Below are positions 56,784 through 64,000 of a stretch of 64,000 bases of DNA, piece after piece. Made by a program: the position numbers and the translations under genes. Numbering within the stretch: the stretch's first letter is position 1; the number at the start of each line of letters is the position of its first letter. Source of the DNA: a virus (lineage: Duplodnaviria > Caudoviricetes); IMG/VR virus record IMGVR_UViG_2791355419_000001, positions 1,323 through 65,322 of that record, one strand, 5' to 3'. A model generated the notes under the pieces. The model searched no databases and was not told the origin of the DNA. It saw only the letters and a program-made list of their open reading frames with translations.

Positions 56784-57331
56784 CTGCCATCGACTACGAC
56801 CTGGAGTTCCTGGAAGACGGCCGCACCATCGAGCTGATCTCCATCGGCATGGTGTGCGACGACGGACGCGAGTACTACGCGGTGAACCGGGACATGCCGG
56901 TGCGCCGGATCCGCAAGCATAAGTGGCTGATGGAGAACGTGGTCCCGCATCTCCCCAAGGGCCACGGAGACCAGCGGATCCACATGCCGAAGCGCTGGCT
57001 CTTTCACTACGCCGACCACCGGGTGAAGCACCGGAAGACCATCGCCAACGAGGTCGCCGAGTTCATTCGCGCAGCCGGGCCAGACGTCGAATTGTGGGCG
57101 AACTACGGAGCCTACGACCACGTCGCCCTCGCCCAACTGTGGGGCCCGATGATCGCGCTCCCTGACGGCGTACCGATGTTCACCCACGACATCCAGCAGG
57201 AGCGGGCACGTCTCGGTCTCGCCTGGAACGACCTCCCGCAACAGGAATCCGGCGAACACAACGCACTCGCCGACGCCCGCCACAACCAGACCGTCCGGCG
57301 CTGGCTCGCCGAACGTGCGCAGTCCGCCTAG
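56780..57331 (+). CDS. DEDD 3'-5' exoribonuclease-like (Rv2179c/DUF5051 type)
   Basis: YDLEF, LISIGMV, LWANYGAYDHV, HNALADA. Confidence 0.85.
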   Translation: MTAIDYDLEFLEDGRTIELISIGMVCDDGREYYAVNRDMPVRRIRKHKWLMENVVPHLPKGHGDQRIHMPKRWLFHYADHRVKHRKTIANEVAEFIRAAGPDVELWANYGAYDHVALAQLWGPMIALPDGVPMFTHDIQQERARLGLAWNDLPQQESGEHNALADARHNQTVRRWLAERAQSA

Positions 57332-57348
57332 AAGAAACGAGAACCCCC

Positions 57349-57711
57349 ATGCTCCTCGGAAGAGAACCCGCCTTGCTCCTCGGCTTCATCGCCGCCGGCG
57401 TCAAGCTCCTCGGCTACGAGCTCAACGTGTCCGACGGTGTCCAGACCGCCATCAACGCGATCGCCGCTGGCGTCGTGGCCGTCATCATCGCGTTCGTCGC
57501 GAAGAACGGCGCCTGGGCGGCCGCGATCCTCCAGACCGCACAGGCGGTCATGTCGCTGTTCATCGGCCTCGGCCTCGACTGGTCCGCCGACCGCCAAGCC
57601 CTGTGGATGGGATCCATCGCCGCGCTCCTGGCCGTCGTCGAGCGGTTCATCGTCACCCCGCCGGTGCCGTCGACGCGGCTGGAGGAGTTCAGCCCTGTCA
57701 AGGCGGCTTAG
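57349..57711 (+). CDS. Holin
   Basis: GREPA N-terminus, four TM segments, VTP C-terminal motif. Confidence 0.8.
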   Translation: MLLGREPALLLGFIAAGVKLLGYELNVSDGVQTAINAIAAGVVAVIIAFVAKNGAWAAAILQTAQAVMSLFIGLGLDWSADRQALWMGSIAALLAVVERFIVTPPVPSTRLEEFSPVKAA

Positions 57712-57745
57712 CTCTGCCCCATGAGCGCGTCGGGGAGGTGGTGGC

Positions 57746-58012
57746 GTGGACGCGGCCATGGTCACGGCGATCGCAGCGCTGATCGGCGGGCCCATGGCCG
57801 CGGCAGGCGTCATGTACGGAAGCCGCGGCGCAACCAGGGCGGCCCGGGAGGGCAACGCGGTGACGGGTTTCAACAGCCTGACGGATCAGCTTCAGGAGGA
57901 GCGGGCGGAGCTTCGAAAGGAGCTCGCCACCGTGCGGCAGGAACTGGCGACGGAGCGGCTGGAGTCGGCCCGGCTGCGGCTGATGGTGGAGCGGCTCGGA
58001 GGTTCGCCATGA
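57746..58012 (+). CDS. TM plus coiled-coil lysis-cassette protein
   Basis: N-terminal [11 protein letters not shown] coiled coil. Confidence 0.7.
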   Translation: MDAAMVTAIAALIGGPMAAAGVMYGSRGATRAAREGNAVTGFNSLTDQLQEERAELRKELATVRQELATERLESARLRLMVERLGGSP

Positions 58013-58734
58013 CGCGGGCCGAGTTCGTGCTGTATCGCAACCGACGTCTGCTTCTACTGGTGGCGATTCTGCTGACGCTGGGTGGCGGGGTGGCGCTATC
58101 GCTGATCCTCATCGGCCGTGAAGCGGACGCGCGCCAGGACCTCGCGCGTGAAGCGGACTTGCGAGGCACCGCAGTGTCGACGCTCGCGGGCGATGTGCGA
58201 GCCCTGCGGGCGCAGATCAAGGCGGAGGGCGAAACGCCAGTGGCGCCGGATCCGTCACGGGCGGTGGAGGATCTCCCGGACCGGGCCGAGGTGCCGGTCC
58301 CGATCCCGGGGCCCCGCGGACCCGAGGGGGATCCCGGCGCGCCAGGGTCTCCCGGCCCGTCCGGATCGCGAGGCAGCGACGGCGCCGACGGCCAGGACGG
58401 CGGCCCGGGCACGCCCGGCCCATCCGGGGAGCCCGGATCCGACGGAGCCCCCGGTGCCGACGGAGCAGCCGGCGAGCCCGGTCCACCAGGCCCCCAGGGC
58501 GAACCCGGACCGGCCGGACCCCCAGGGCCGGCGGGCGAGCCCGGCGAGCAAGGGCCCGCGGGTCCGCCGCCGTCGGGCTGGACGTTCGAGTATCGGGGTG
58601 CCACCTACGAGTGCACCCCGGACGGGGACGGCTCCGGCCACTACACCTGCCGCAACACCAGTGGCGGCGAGGACGGAGACCTGCCGGGGCCTCTCGCCGC
58701 AGGCCTCGACCCCACCCGCCGCCAGTACCCGTAG
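58009..58734 (+). CDS. Membrane-anchored collagen-like protein
   Basis: TM, coiled coil, Gly-X-Y repeats, C-terminal Cys pair. Confidence 0.85.
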   Translation: MTRAEFVLYRNRRLLLLVAILLTLGGGVALSLILIGREADARQDLAREADLRGTAVSTLAGDVRALRAQIKAEGETPVAPDPSRAVEDLPDRAEVPVPIPGPRGPEGDPGAPGSPGPSGSRGSDGADGQDGGPGTPGPSGEPGSDGAPGADGAAGEPGPPGPQGEPGPAGPPGPAGEPGEQGPAGPPPSGWTFEYRGATYECTPDGDGSGHYTCRNTSGGEDGDLPGPLAAGLDPTRRQYP

Positions 58735-58839
58735 GAGGCCCGCATGACTGACGACGACACCGCCGACCCGCCGTTCTGGCTGTCGCCCCGCCCGTTCCTC
58801 GAACCGGACTGGCCGCCCGACGACGAACCCGCGTGACAG

Positions 58840-58881
58840 ACGCCCCCGTTCCTCTGCCTCGGCAGGGGAACGGGGGCGTTC
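58840..58881. terminator. Bidirectional hairpin ending late operon
   Basis: ACGCCCCCGTTCC...GGAACGGGGGCGT between convergent genes. Confidence 0.65.
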
Positions 58882-58888
58882 TGGTGTG

Positions 58889-59176
58889 TCAGAAGGGGGC
58901 GTCGCCGTTGCCCTCGACACGGATCCGGAACAGGCCCGCGGGGGAGTCCAGCCAGTCGGAGATGTCCGTCCGGTTAAATGCTCCCTCTGCCCCACCGATG
59001 CGGACGATGCCCTGCTGCAGGTTCATCAGCTCGATCGGCTTGCTCTGGTCGGGGACGCTCAGGGTGCCGCCCCAGATGGTCCGCCCGTTGAGGATCGTCT
59101 TCGTAAGGTCAGCGGCGACATCGAACTCGCGGCCATCTTCCAGGAGGAGGACCGCGGTCCCTCGGTGTGTGCTCAT
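58889..59176 (-). CDS. DUF4873-like hypothetical protein
   Basis: HRGTAVL...V.ADL...WGGTL...GNGDAPF. Confidence 0.6.
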   Translation of the reverse strand: MSTHRGTAVLLLEDGREFDVAADLTKTILNGRTIWGGTLSVPDQSKPIELMNLQQGIVRIGGAEGAFNRTDISDWLDSPAGLFRIRVEGNGDAPF

Positions 59177-59294
59177 GCTCGGAGGCTAGCCAGTGCGTCA
59201 AGCGAGGGCTGCCTAACTCCCCCTTGAAGCGCGCCCGGTTGGGCCGAAGCACTCTCGATAACATGCCATACCCAAGGTCGCGACGTGCGCTGTT

Positions 59295-59314
59295 ACATCT
59301 ATGCCCATAGATGT
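59295..59314. promoter_or_regulatory. Palindromic candidate recombinase site
   Basis: ACATCTATG-CC-CATAGATGT directly upstream of recombinase. Confidence 0.55.
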
Positions 59315-59322
59315 GTATAGTG

Positions 59323-60159
59323 ATGGCCATGGCGACCCCTCGGAACCCTGTCCTCCAACTCGTGTTGGTCCGCCGCGTCTCCACCGCCGGCCAGGCCGTG
59401 GACGGTTACGGCCTCCCTGCACAGGAAGCCGACTGTCGGAGGTGGGCCAAGGCCCAGACAGCCCCGCGCATCCGGATCGTCCACATGGTCACGGACGGGG
59501 ATGGCAAGGGCGGGAAGAGCGGCACGACGCTGCTCGACGAACGCCCGGGCCTGATGGAGGCCGTGGAGTGGATCGCCGAGGGCCAGGCCGACGGCATTCT
59601 GGCCCCGAACCTCGACCGGCTCGCCCGCGAGCTCACCGTGCAAGAGGCCGTGCTCTCCTACGTGTGGGCCCTGGGCGGCCGGGTGTTCACTGCGGACCAC
59701 GGCGAGCACCTGGAGGACGACGCTTCCGACCCGATGCGCACGGCCATGCGGCAGATGCGCGGCGTGTTCCACCAACTCGACCGCGGGCTCATCATCAAGC
59801 GGCTTACTGAGGGCCGCTCGGCCAAGGGTGAGCGCGGCGGCTACGCCTACGGCGCGCCCCGGTTCGGCCAGCGCGTCGAAGAGGGCGAGCTCACCGATGA
59901 CGAGCGCGAGAACGCCATCGCCGAACAGATGGAACGCTGGCGCGACGAGGAAGGGCTCAGCATCCGCGCCATCTGCGCCCGGGCGAACGAGAAGGGCCTC
60001 CGCAGCAAGCGGGGAGGGAAGTGGCATCCGACCACCGTGCAGCGGCTGCTCTCCCCGGAGGCTCGAGAGAGGGCTCGCCGGCAGTCCGCTAGGGCCCGCG
60101 CCGAGCGCAAGGAACAGCAGCGCCGTGAGCGCGCGGCTCGCCTGCTCGCCCAGCGCTGA
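59323..60159 (+). CDS. Serine recombinase (resolvase domain plus short recombinase domain)
   Basis: RVST catalytic motif, RPGL, LDRLAR, YGAPRFG, KWHPTTVQRLL. Confidence 0.9.
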   Translation: MAMATPRNPVLQLVLVRRVSTAGQAVDGYGLPAQEADCRRWAKAQTAPRIRIVHMVTDGDGKGGKSGTTLLDERPGLMEAVEWIAEGQADGILAPNLDRLARELTVQEAVLSYVWALGGRVFTADHGEHLEDDASDPMRTAMRQMRGVFHQLDRGLIIKRLTEGRSAKGERGGYAYGAPRFGQRVEEGELTDDERENAIAEQMERWRDEEGLSIRAICARANEKGLRSKRGGKWHPTTVQRLLSPEARERARRQSARARAERKEQQRRERAARLLAQR

Positions 60160-60223
60160 CACCCCCGTGCCACACTGGCAGCAGGCCCGCCTCGCCACCC
60201 CCGTCGAGGCGGGCCCTTGCGTG

Positions 60224-60391
60224 TCAGCGGCTGGTGCGTCTCCAGCAGGCCACGGCTCCGGCGCCGAGGAGTGCGCTGATAACGAGGTCGCCGACGATGG
60301 AAGCCCCATCGGCGCCCTTGGTGGCGCTCATGAGGCCGCCGATAGTGAGCGCGGTGAGCAGGATGGCGAGCAGCAGCCAGATGAGTTTCAC
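60224..60391 (-). CDS. Small two-TM protein
   Basis: Two hydrophobic helices, GGGGA RBS. Confidence 0.55.
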   Translation of the reverse strand: MKLIWLLLAILLTALTIGGLMSATKGADGASIVGDLVISALLGAGAVACWRRTSR

Positions 60392-60528
60392 GGTCCCCCA
60401 GGGTGTGTGCAGTGAGGGCGACAACCTAGCGCGCTGGTGGTGGGCCGTGAGGCAGTTCCATTCCCGGATGTTGCATGTCGACAGTCGGACGCCCGCCCCT
60501 TGGTCCAGAGGCGGGCGCGCTCGCGTTC

Positions 60529-60825
60529 TCAGGCAGTCGGGCGTTCCTGTTCCTTCTTCTCGACCCAGAGGTCGCGGACGCTCGTGGTGAGGGTGCCCTC
60601 TTGCTGCTCGTAGTGGGAGAGAGCGAGGCCGAGGCCGAAGAACGTGGGCGCCCATTCGCCGACGAAGATGCCCCACCGGTCGGCGCGGGCGAGGTCTGCC
60701 TGGGGGCCGGGTTCGGCTTTGAGGCTGGTGACCCAGGTGAAGACGGAGAGGCCGATGGAAGCTATGCCTGCCATGTAGGCGTGTTCGCTGCGGATGCCCA
60801 TTTCATGCATTCTCTTGATGATCAT
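60529..60825 (-). CDS. Actinobacterial small membrane protein
   Basis: RADRWGIFVGEWAPTFFGLGLAL. Confidence 0.7.
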   Translation of the reverse strand: MIIKRMHEMGIRSEHAYMAGIASIGLSVFTWVTSLKAEPGPQADLARADRWGIFVGEWAPTFFGLGLALSHYEQQEGTLTTSVRDLWVEKKEQERPTA

Positions 60826-60967
60826 TGCGGCTCCGGTGAGGGGTGAGGGGTTGTTTGTCGCCGTGTTCCTCATCCCGCCCCACCTATTCGCACCATTCGC
60901 CCCGATATGAGCGGTGTGGCGTCGCGTCGTAGGCTGATGCTGCTCGGGGCTATCGCGGAGGTCAGCC

Positions 60968-61840
60968 ATGCCCCGAACCATCTGGTCAGGCGCCATCAGC
61001 TTCGGTCTCGTGACCGTTCCCATCCGCGTGGCGAGCGCCACGGAGAACCGCAGCATCCAGTTCCACCAGTACCACCTCGCGGACATGGGCCGCGTGCGGG
61101 TGCGGAAGGTGTGCGAACTGGAGGACCGCGAAGTGTCGCAGGGGGAGATCGGCAAGGGCTACGAGTGGTCGAAGGACCAGGTCGTCCCCATCAGTGACGC
61201 CGAGTTGCGGGAGCTTCCGCTGCCGACAGCGAAGGCGATCGAGATCCAGGCGTTCGTGCCGCTCGACTCAATCGACCCGATCCAGATCGCCGAGGGCTAC
61301 TACCTGGTGCCGGACGGGCAGGTGGCGGCGAAGCCGTACAAGCTGCTCACGCAGGCGCTGGGCAGGTCGTCGAAGGTCGCCGTGGCGAAGTACGCGTGGA
61401 GCGGGCGCGAGCGGCTCGGCCTGCTGCGGGTGCGTGACGACGTCATCGTCCTGCATGCGATGCGCTGGCCCGACGAAATCCGCGACCCCGCCGAGCTCCT
61501 GCCGCCCCCGGTCGAGCTGTCCGACGACGAGATCGAGGGGGCGCTCGCCCTCATGGACAGCATGAGCCGTGACGACCTCGACGACCCGGAGTTCCGCGAC
61601 ACCTACACCGAGGCCCTCGCGAAGGTCATCGAAGCGAAACGCGAAGACCGCGAACTGCCCGAGGTGCCCGAGCCGGCCAAACAGCCGGGCCAGCTGGTCG
61701 ACCTGATGTCCGCCCTGCAGGAGTCGGTAAAAGAAGCCAAGGCGTCCCGCGGCGAGGACACCGAAGTGCAGGTGCCGAAGAAGACGGCCGCCAAGAAGAC
61801 CGCGGCGAAGAAGGCGGTCCGGAAGTTTCGCAGCTCCTAG
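60968..61840 (+). CDS. ku: Ku (NHEJ DNA end-binding) protein
   Basis: IWSGAISFGLVTVPI, IGKGYE, YYLVP, VDLMSALQESV, basic AKK tail. Confidence 0.95.
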   Translation: MPRTIWSGAISFGLVTVPIRVASATENRSIQFHQYHLADMGRVRVRKVCELEDREVSQGEIGKGYEWSKDQVVPISDAELRELPLPTAKAIEIQAFVPLDSIDPIQIAEGYYLVPDGQVAAKPYKLLTQALGRSSKVAVAKYAWSGRERLGLLRVRDDVIVLHAMRWPDEIRDPAELLPPPVELSDDEIEGALALMDSMSRDDLDDPEFRDTYTEALAKVIEAKREDRELPEVPEPAKQPGQLVDLMSALQESVKEAKASRGEDTEVQVPKKTAAKKTAAKKAVRKFRSS

Positions 61841-62160
61841 CCGTCGATCCCCAGCGCCTTGCCTGGCGCGCAGAATTCGCAGGCAGCGATGTGCTCTGGG
61901 TCCTTCGTGAGGCCGATGCGGGCGGCGTCTGCCTCGACGGGGCTGGTTTTGCGGTCTGCCATGGTGCAGCCGGCGAGGTGGATGAGGGCTGGCGCCGGGT
62001 GCTTGGGGTGTTGTTTGGGTTCGATGACGTAGCTGGCGGGCGGGGTGGCTGCGGTTTCGAGGTCGCGGATTTTCCGTCGGGTGTCGTGTAGCTGCCAGTC
62101 GAGCCATTCCTCGAGGGCGCGGAGTTTGGCGAGGCGCTCGGCGCGAGGCAGGTCGGACAT
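61837..62160 (-). CDS. DUF6233-like protein
   Basis: IHLAGC...ACEFCAP motif. Confidence 0.7.
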   Translation of the reverse strand: MSDLPRAERLAKLRALEEWLDWQLHDTRRKIRDLETAATPPASYVIEPKQHPKHPAPALIHLAGCTMADRKTSPVEADAARIGLTKDPEHIAACEFCAPGKALGIDG

Positions 62161-62168
62161 GCGTTCGA
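62153..62168. promoter_or_regulatory. LexA SOS box
   Basis: TCGGAC-ATGC-GTTCGA, one mismatch to TCGAAC-N4-GTTCGA, overlapping start codon. Confidence 0.65.
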
Positions 62169-62205
62169 TTGTAGGCGGGACGCGGCCGCCTGCCATCCTG
62201 GGGGC

Positions 62206-62403
62206 GTGACCGACTCGGAGCGCTTCCACCTCACCCTGACCGCCGCCGGCCGTCCGGTGGCGCACGGCTGGTGGGGGAGTGAAGCCGTGGCGCGCGACAA
62301 GTTCACCACCTGGGTCGGCGACTGGGGCAAGCCGGGCGCCCGCATCACCCTCGTCGACGAGGAGACCGGCGAGACGTTGACGACCTGGCCGGACGAGAGC
62401 TGA
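62206..62403 (+). CDS. Small hypothetical protein
   Basis: RFHLTL...HGWW..E..AR.KF..WV...LVDEETG..L.TWP. Confidence 0.7.
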   Translation: MTDSERFHLTLTAAGRPVAHGWWGSEAVARDKFTTWVGDWGKPGARITLVDEETGETLTTWPDES

Positions 62404-62577
62404 TCTCTGCCATGCTGGGGATCATGGCCCACCGCACGTACCCGGATCGTGTCCGCGCGCTGCGGCAGATCATGCGCAGGCACCGCAACGAGCTGCCGCC
62501 CGAGCTGCTGCCGGCCGCGCGCACGCCGGACTCGGCGTTCGTCGTCGAGAAGGTCCTGTCCACGCGGCGCCCCGGCG

Positions 62578-62600
62578 TTGTCGGTGGCGACTCGTAGCAT
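62578..62600 (+). promoter_or_regulatory. RecA-NDp/PafBC-type DNA-damage promoter
   Basis: TTGTCGGTG-N8-TAGCAT. Confidence 0.65.
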
Positions 62601-62705
62601 GGTCAGATCCGATGCAGGCAGCATGAGTCGCCAAGTCGGGTTTGCTGTTGCTGGCGCCTCGCCCGAGCGTGGAACCCCGGGCGAGGCCGCAACCTGGGAG
62701 GCGCC

Positions 62706-62801
62706 GTGAGGTACTTCGTGGGCGGCGCTGTGGCGGGTCTTGCGCTTGGCGGGGCGCTGATGTTCGCCTTCGGTTACTGGGCGGGACAGTTGTTCCTCTA
62801 G
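62706..62801 (+). CDS. 31-aa hydrophobic peptide (not in ORF track)
   Basis: GGGAGG RBS; MRYFVGGAVAGLALGGALMFAFGYWAGQLFL. Confidence 0.5.
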   Translation: MRYFVGGAVAGLALGGALMFAFGYWAGQLFL

Positions 62802-63022
62802 CCCTCCGCGTGCCTGACGGCCTTCTTCACGGCCATCTCGACGTCCACGCGCGGCTTCCCCTCGGCTTCTGCGTGCTTGGTGACGGCCGTCTGAAAGATG
62901 CCAGCCGCCTCCCGCCACGCCTCCCACTGCTCGTCGTAGTCGACGTCGGGGTGGGCGAGGCGGGCGCGTGCGTCCTCGGCTGCCTGTTCCAGCTTCACGA
63001 GATCTTCGAAGGTGTGTGCCAC
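62798..63022 (-). CDS. Small helical hypothetical protein
   Basis: GC3-rich ORF. Confidence 0.7.
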   Translation of the reverse strand: MAHTFEDLVKLEQAAEDARARLAHPDVDYDEQWEAWREAAGIFQTAVTKHAEAEGKPRVDVEMAVKKAVRHAEG

Positions 63023-63197
63023 GGCGGGATCTTACGTGGCGGCCGTATCCTCACCTGTAGGGGCGTCCCGTGCGTGACTGGCCAGTGCGCGCCCTCAAGA
63101 GCAGGGGACTGGGGTCCCGGCGGCGGCCAGGCTTGAACGATCAGAGCTGTACTGCGCCCACCCCTTGTAGCCGTCCGACGGCGGGACCCGGACGGCA

Positions 63198-63377
63198 CTA
63201 CGCCGCTGTGGTGACGTCCCCGCGTTCCACCCGGTCCAGCTCCGCCAGTAGCCGGTGATACTCCTCCCGCTGCTCATCCGTCAGCCGCGCATCCCGATGC
63301 GGGAACAGGGCGCGGATGGCATCGTTTAGCTCCGCAGCAGACCGCGCGGAACCACGGTGAGACGGAGTCGGAGGCAT
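63198..63377 (-). CDS. Small hypothetical protein (59 aa)
   Basis: RSAAELNDAIRAL...LTDEQREEYHRLLAE. Confidence 0.55.
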   Translation of the reverse strand: MPPTPSHRGSARSAAELNDAIRALFPHRDARLTDEQREEYHRLLAELDRVERGDVTTAA

Positions 63378-63410
63378 GCCCCGATCCTAGTCGCGGGGTC
63401 GGACAGCGGG

Positions 63411-63656
63411 CTACGAGCTGGGCGGCTGGGGCAGTTCCGTGACGAACGTGCCGATGCCCGGCTGCATGTAGGCGAGCCCCGCCTTGCGTAGTTCCGTCAA
63501 CACGCGTTTCGCGGTCACCTGGCTGATCCCGAACTCGCCGCAGATGCCCATGGCGGAGGGGAGCCTTCCCCCAGGTGCGTAGGTGCCGTCGAGGATGCGC
63601 TCCGACATCACGGCGTAGACCTGCTTCCAGCGCGGTACCTCCGGCTCCCACTTCAT
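63411..63656 (-). CDS. Small GntR-family wHTH regulator
   Basis: PRWKQVYAVMSERILDGTYAPGGRLPS...GIGTFV. Confidence 0.85.
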   Translation of the reverse strand: MKWEPEVPRWKQVYAVMSERILDGTYAPGGRLPSAMGICGEFGISQVTAKRVLTELRKAGLAYMQPGIGTFVTELPQPPSS

Positions 63657-63787
63657 GATCGAGAAGCTAGGTGGACCTACCCCGCCAGGCGAGACGAGCC
63701 GACCTATACGGCCTATACCGCCTATCCCACAGGGGTATCGTGAAATTGCACGCAGGACCCCCGCGACCGAGGGCACGGCCCGGGGGC

Positions 63788-64000
63788 ATGGACGACACTG
63801 ACCGGAGCGCCGCCATGGACGAGCCTACGGACCCTGGCCCCGACCGCCAGACCGCACTGCCGGAACCCGCCTGCCCGTGCGGCAGCGCAGAGCATCAGCC
63901 CCTCCGCATCGGCGAGAAGCTCTCACCCAGCGGCGGAGGCATAGGCGGCGTCTACGTATGCCCCGCCGAAACCACCCTCGGCCTCCGAGGCGTCCTGTGA
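63788..64000 (+). CDS. Small hypothetical protein
   Basis: Divergent from GntR; CPCG...VYVCP. Confidence 0.5.
   Translation: MDDTDRSAAMDEPTDPGPDRQTALPEPACPCGSAEHQPLRIGEKLSPSGGGIGGVYVCPAETTLGLRGVL

Larger units (their letters stand above)
72..64000. mobile_element. Temperate siphovirus-like prophage (ends not visible; integrase probably left of window)
   Basis: Contiguous repressor/cro, recombination, replication, packaging, head, tail and lysis modules in lambdoid order with overlapping start/stop codons. Confidence 0.93.

Noticed and set aside
59323-60159. Serine recombinase as the prophage integrase
   Set aside because: Too short for a large serine integrase; an integrase is expected left of the repressor, outside the window

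Overview
High-GC actinobacterial (Streptomyces-like) DNA occupied almost entirely by one temperate siphovirus-type prophage. Order: immunity switch (XRE repressor/Cro/xis-like, 0.4-1.7 kb); early genes with RecE-like exonuclease, AAA ATPase and C5 methyltransferase; replication module (HTH initiator with internal iterons, DnaC-like loader, DnaB); many small early ORFs; a minus-strand accessory block (Panacea toxin-antitoxin pair, GIY-YIG-wHTH fusion, GntR/UTRA regulators); a late region (HNH, terminase, portal, protease, capsid, tail with -1 frameshift chaperone, tape measure, tail tip, lysis); and a right-end block (short serine recombinase, Ku, small damage-linked genes). The standout feature is a Streptomyces plasmid/AICE-type conjugation module at ~23.9-33.6 kb: KorA/TraR-like GntR, SpdB-like membrane protein, FtsK/SpoIIIE TraB translocase and candidate clt repeats. 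It lies between the early and packaging genes and has no Rep or integrase of its own, suggesting a prophage that spreads both as virions and by TraB-type DNA conjugation. No integrase, att site, tRNA, rRNA or CRISPR array was seen. All family calls come from motif recognition by eye, not database searches.
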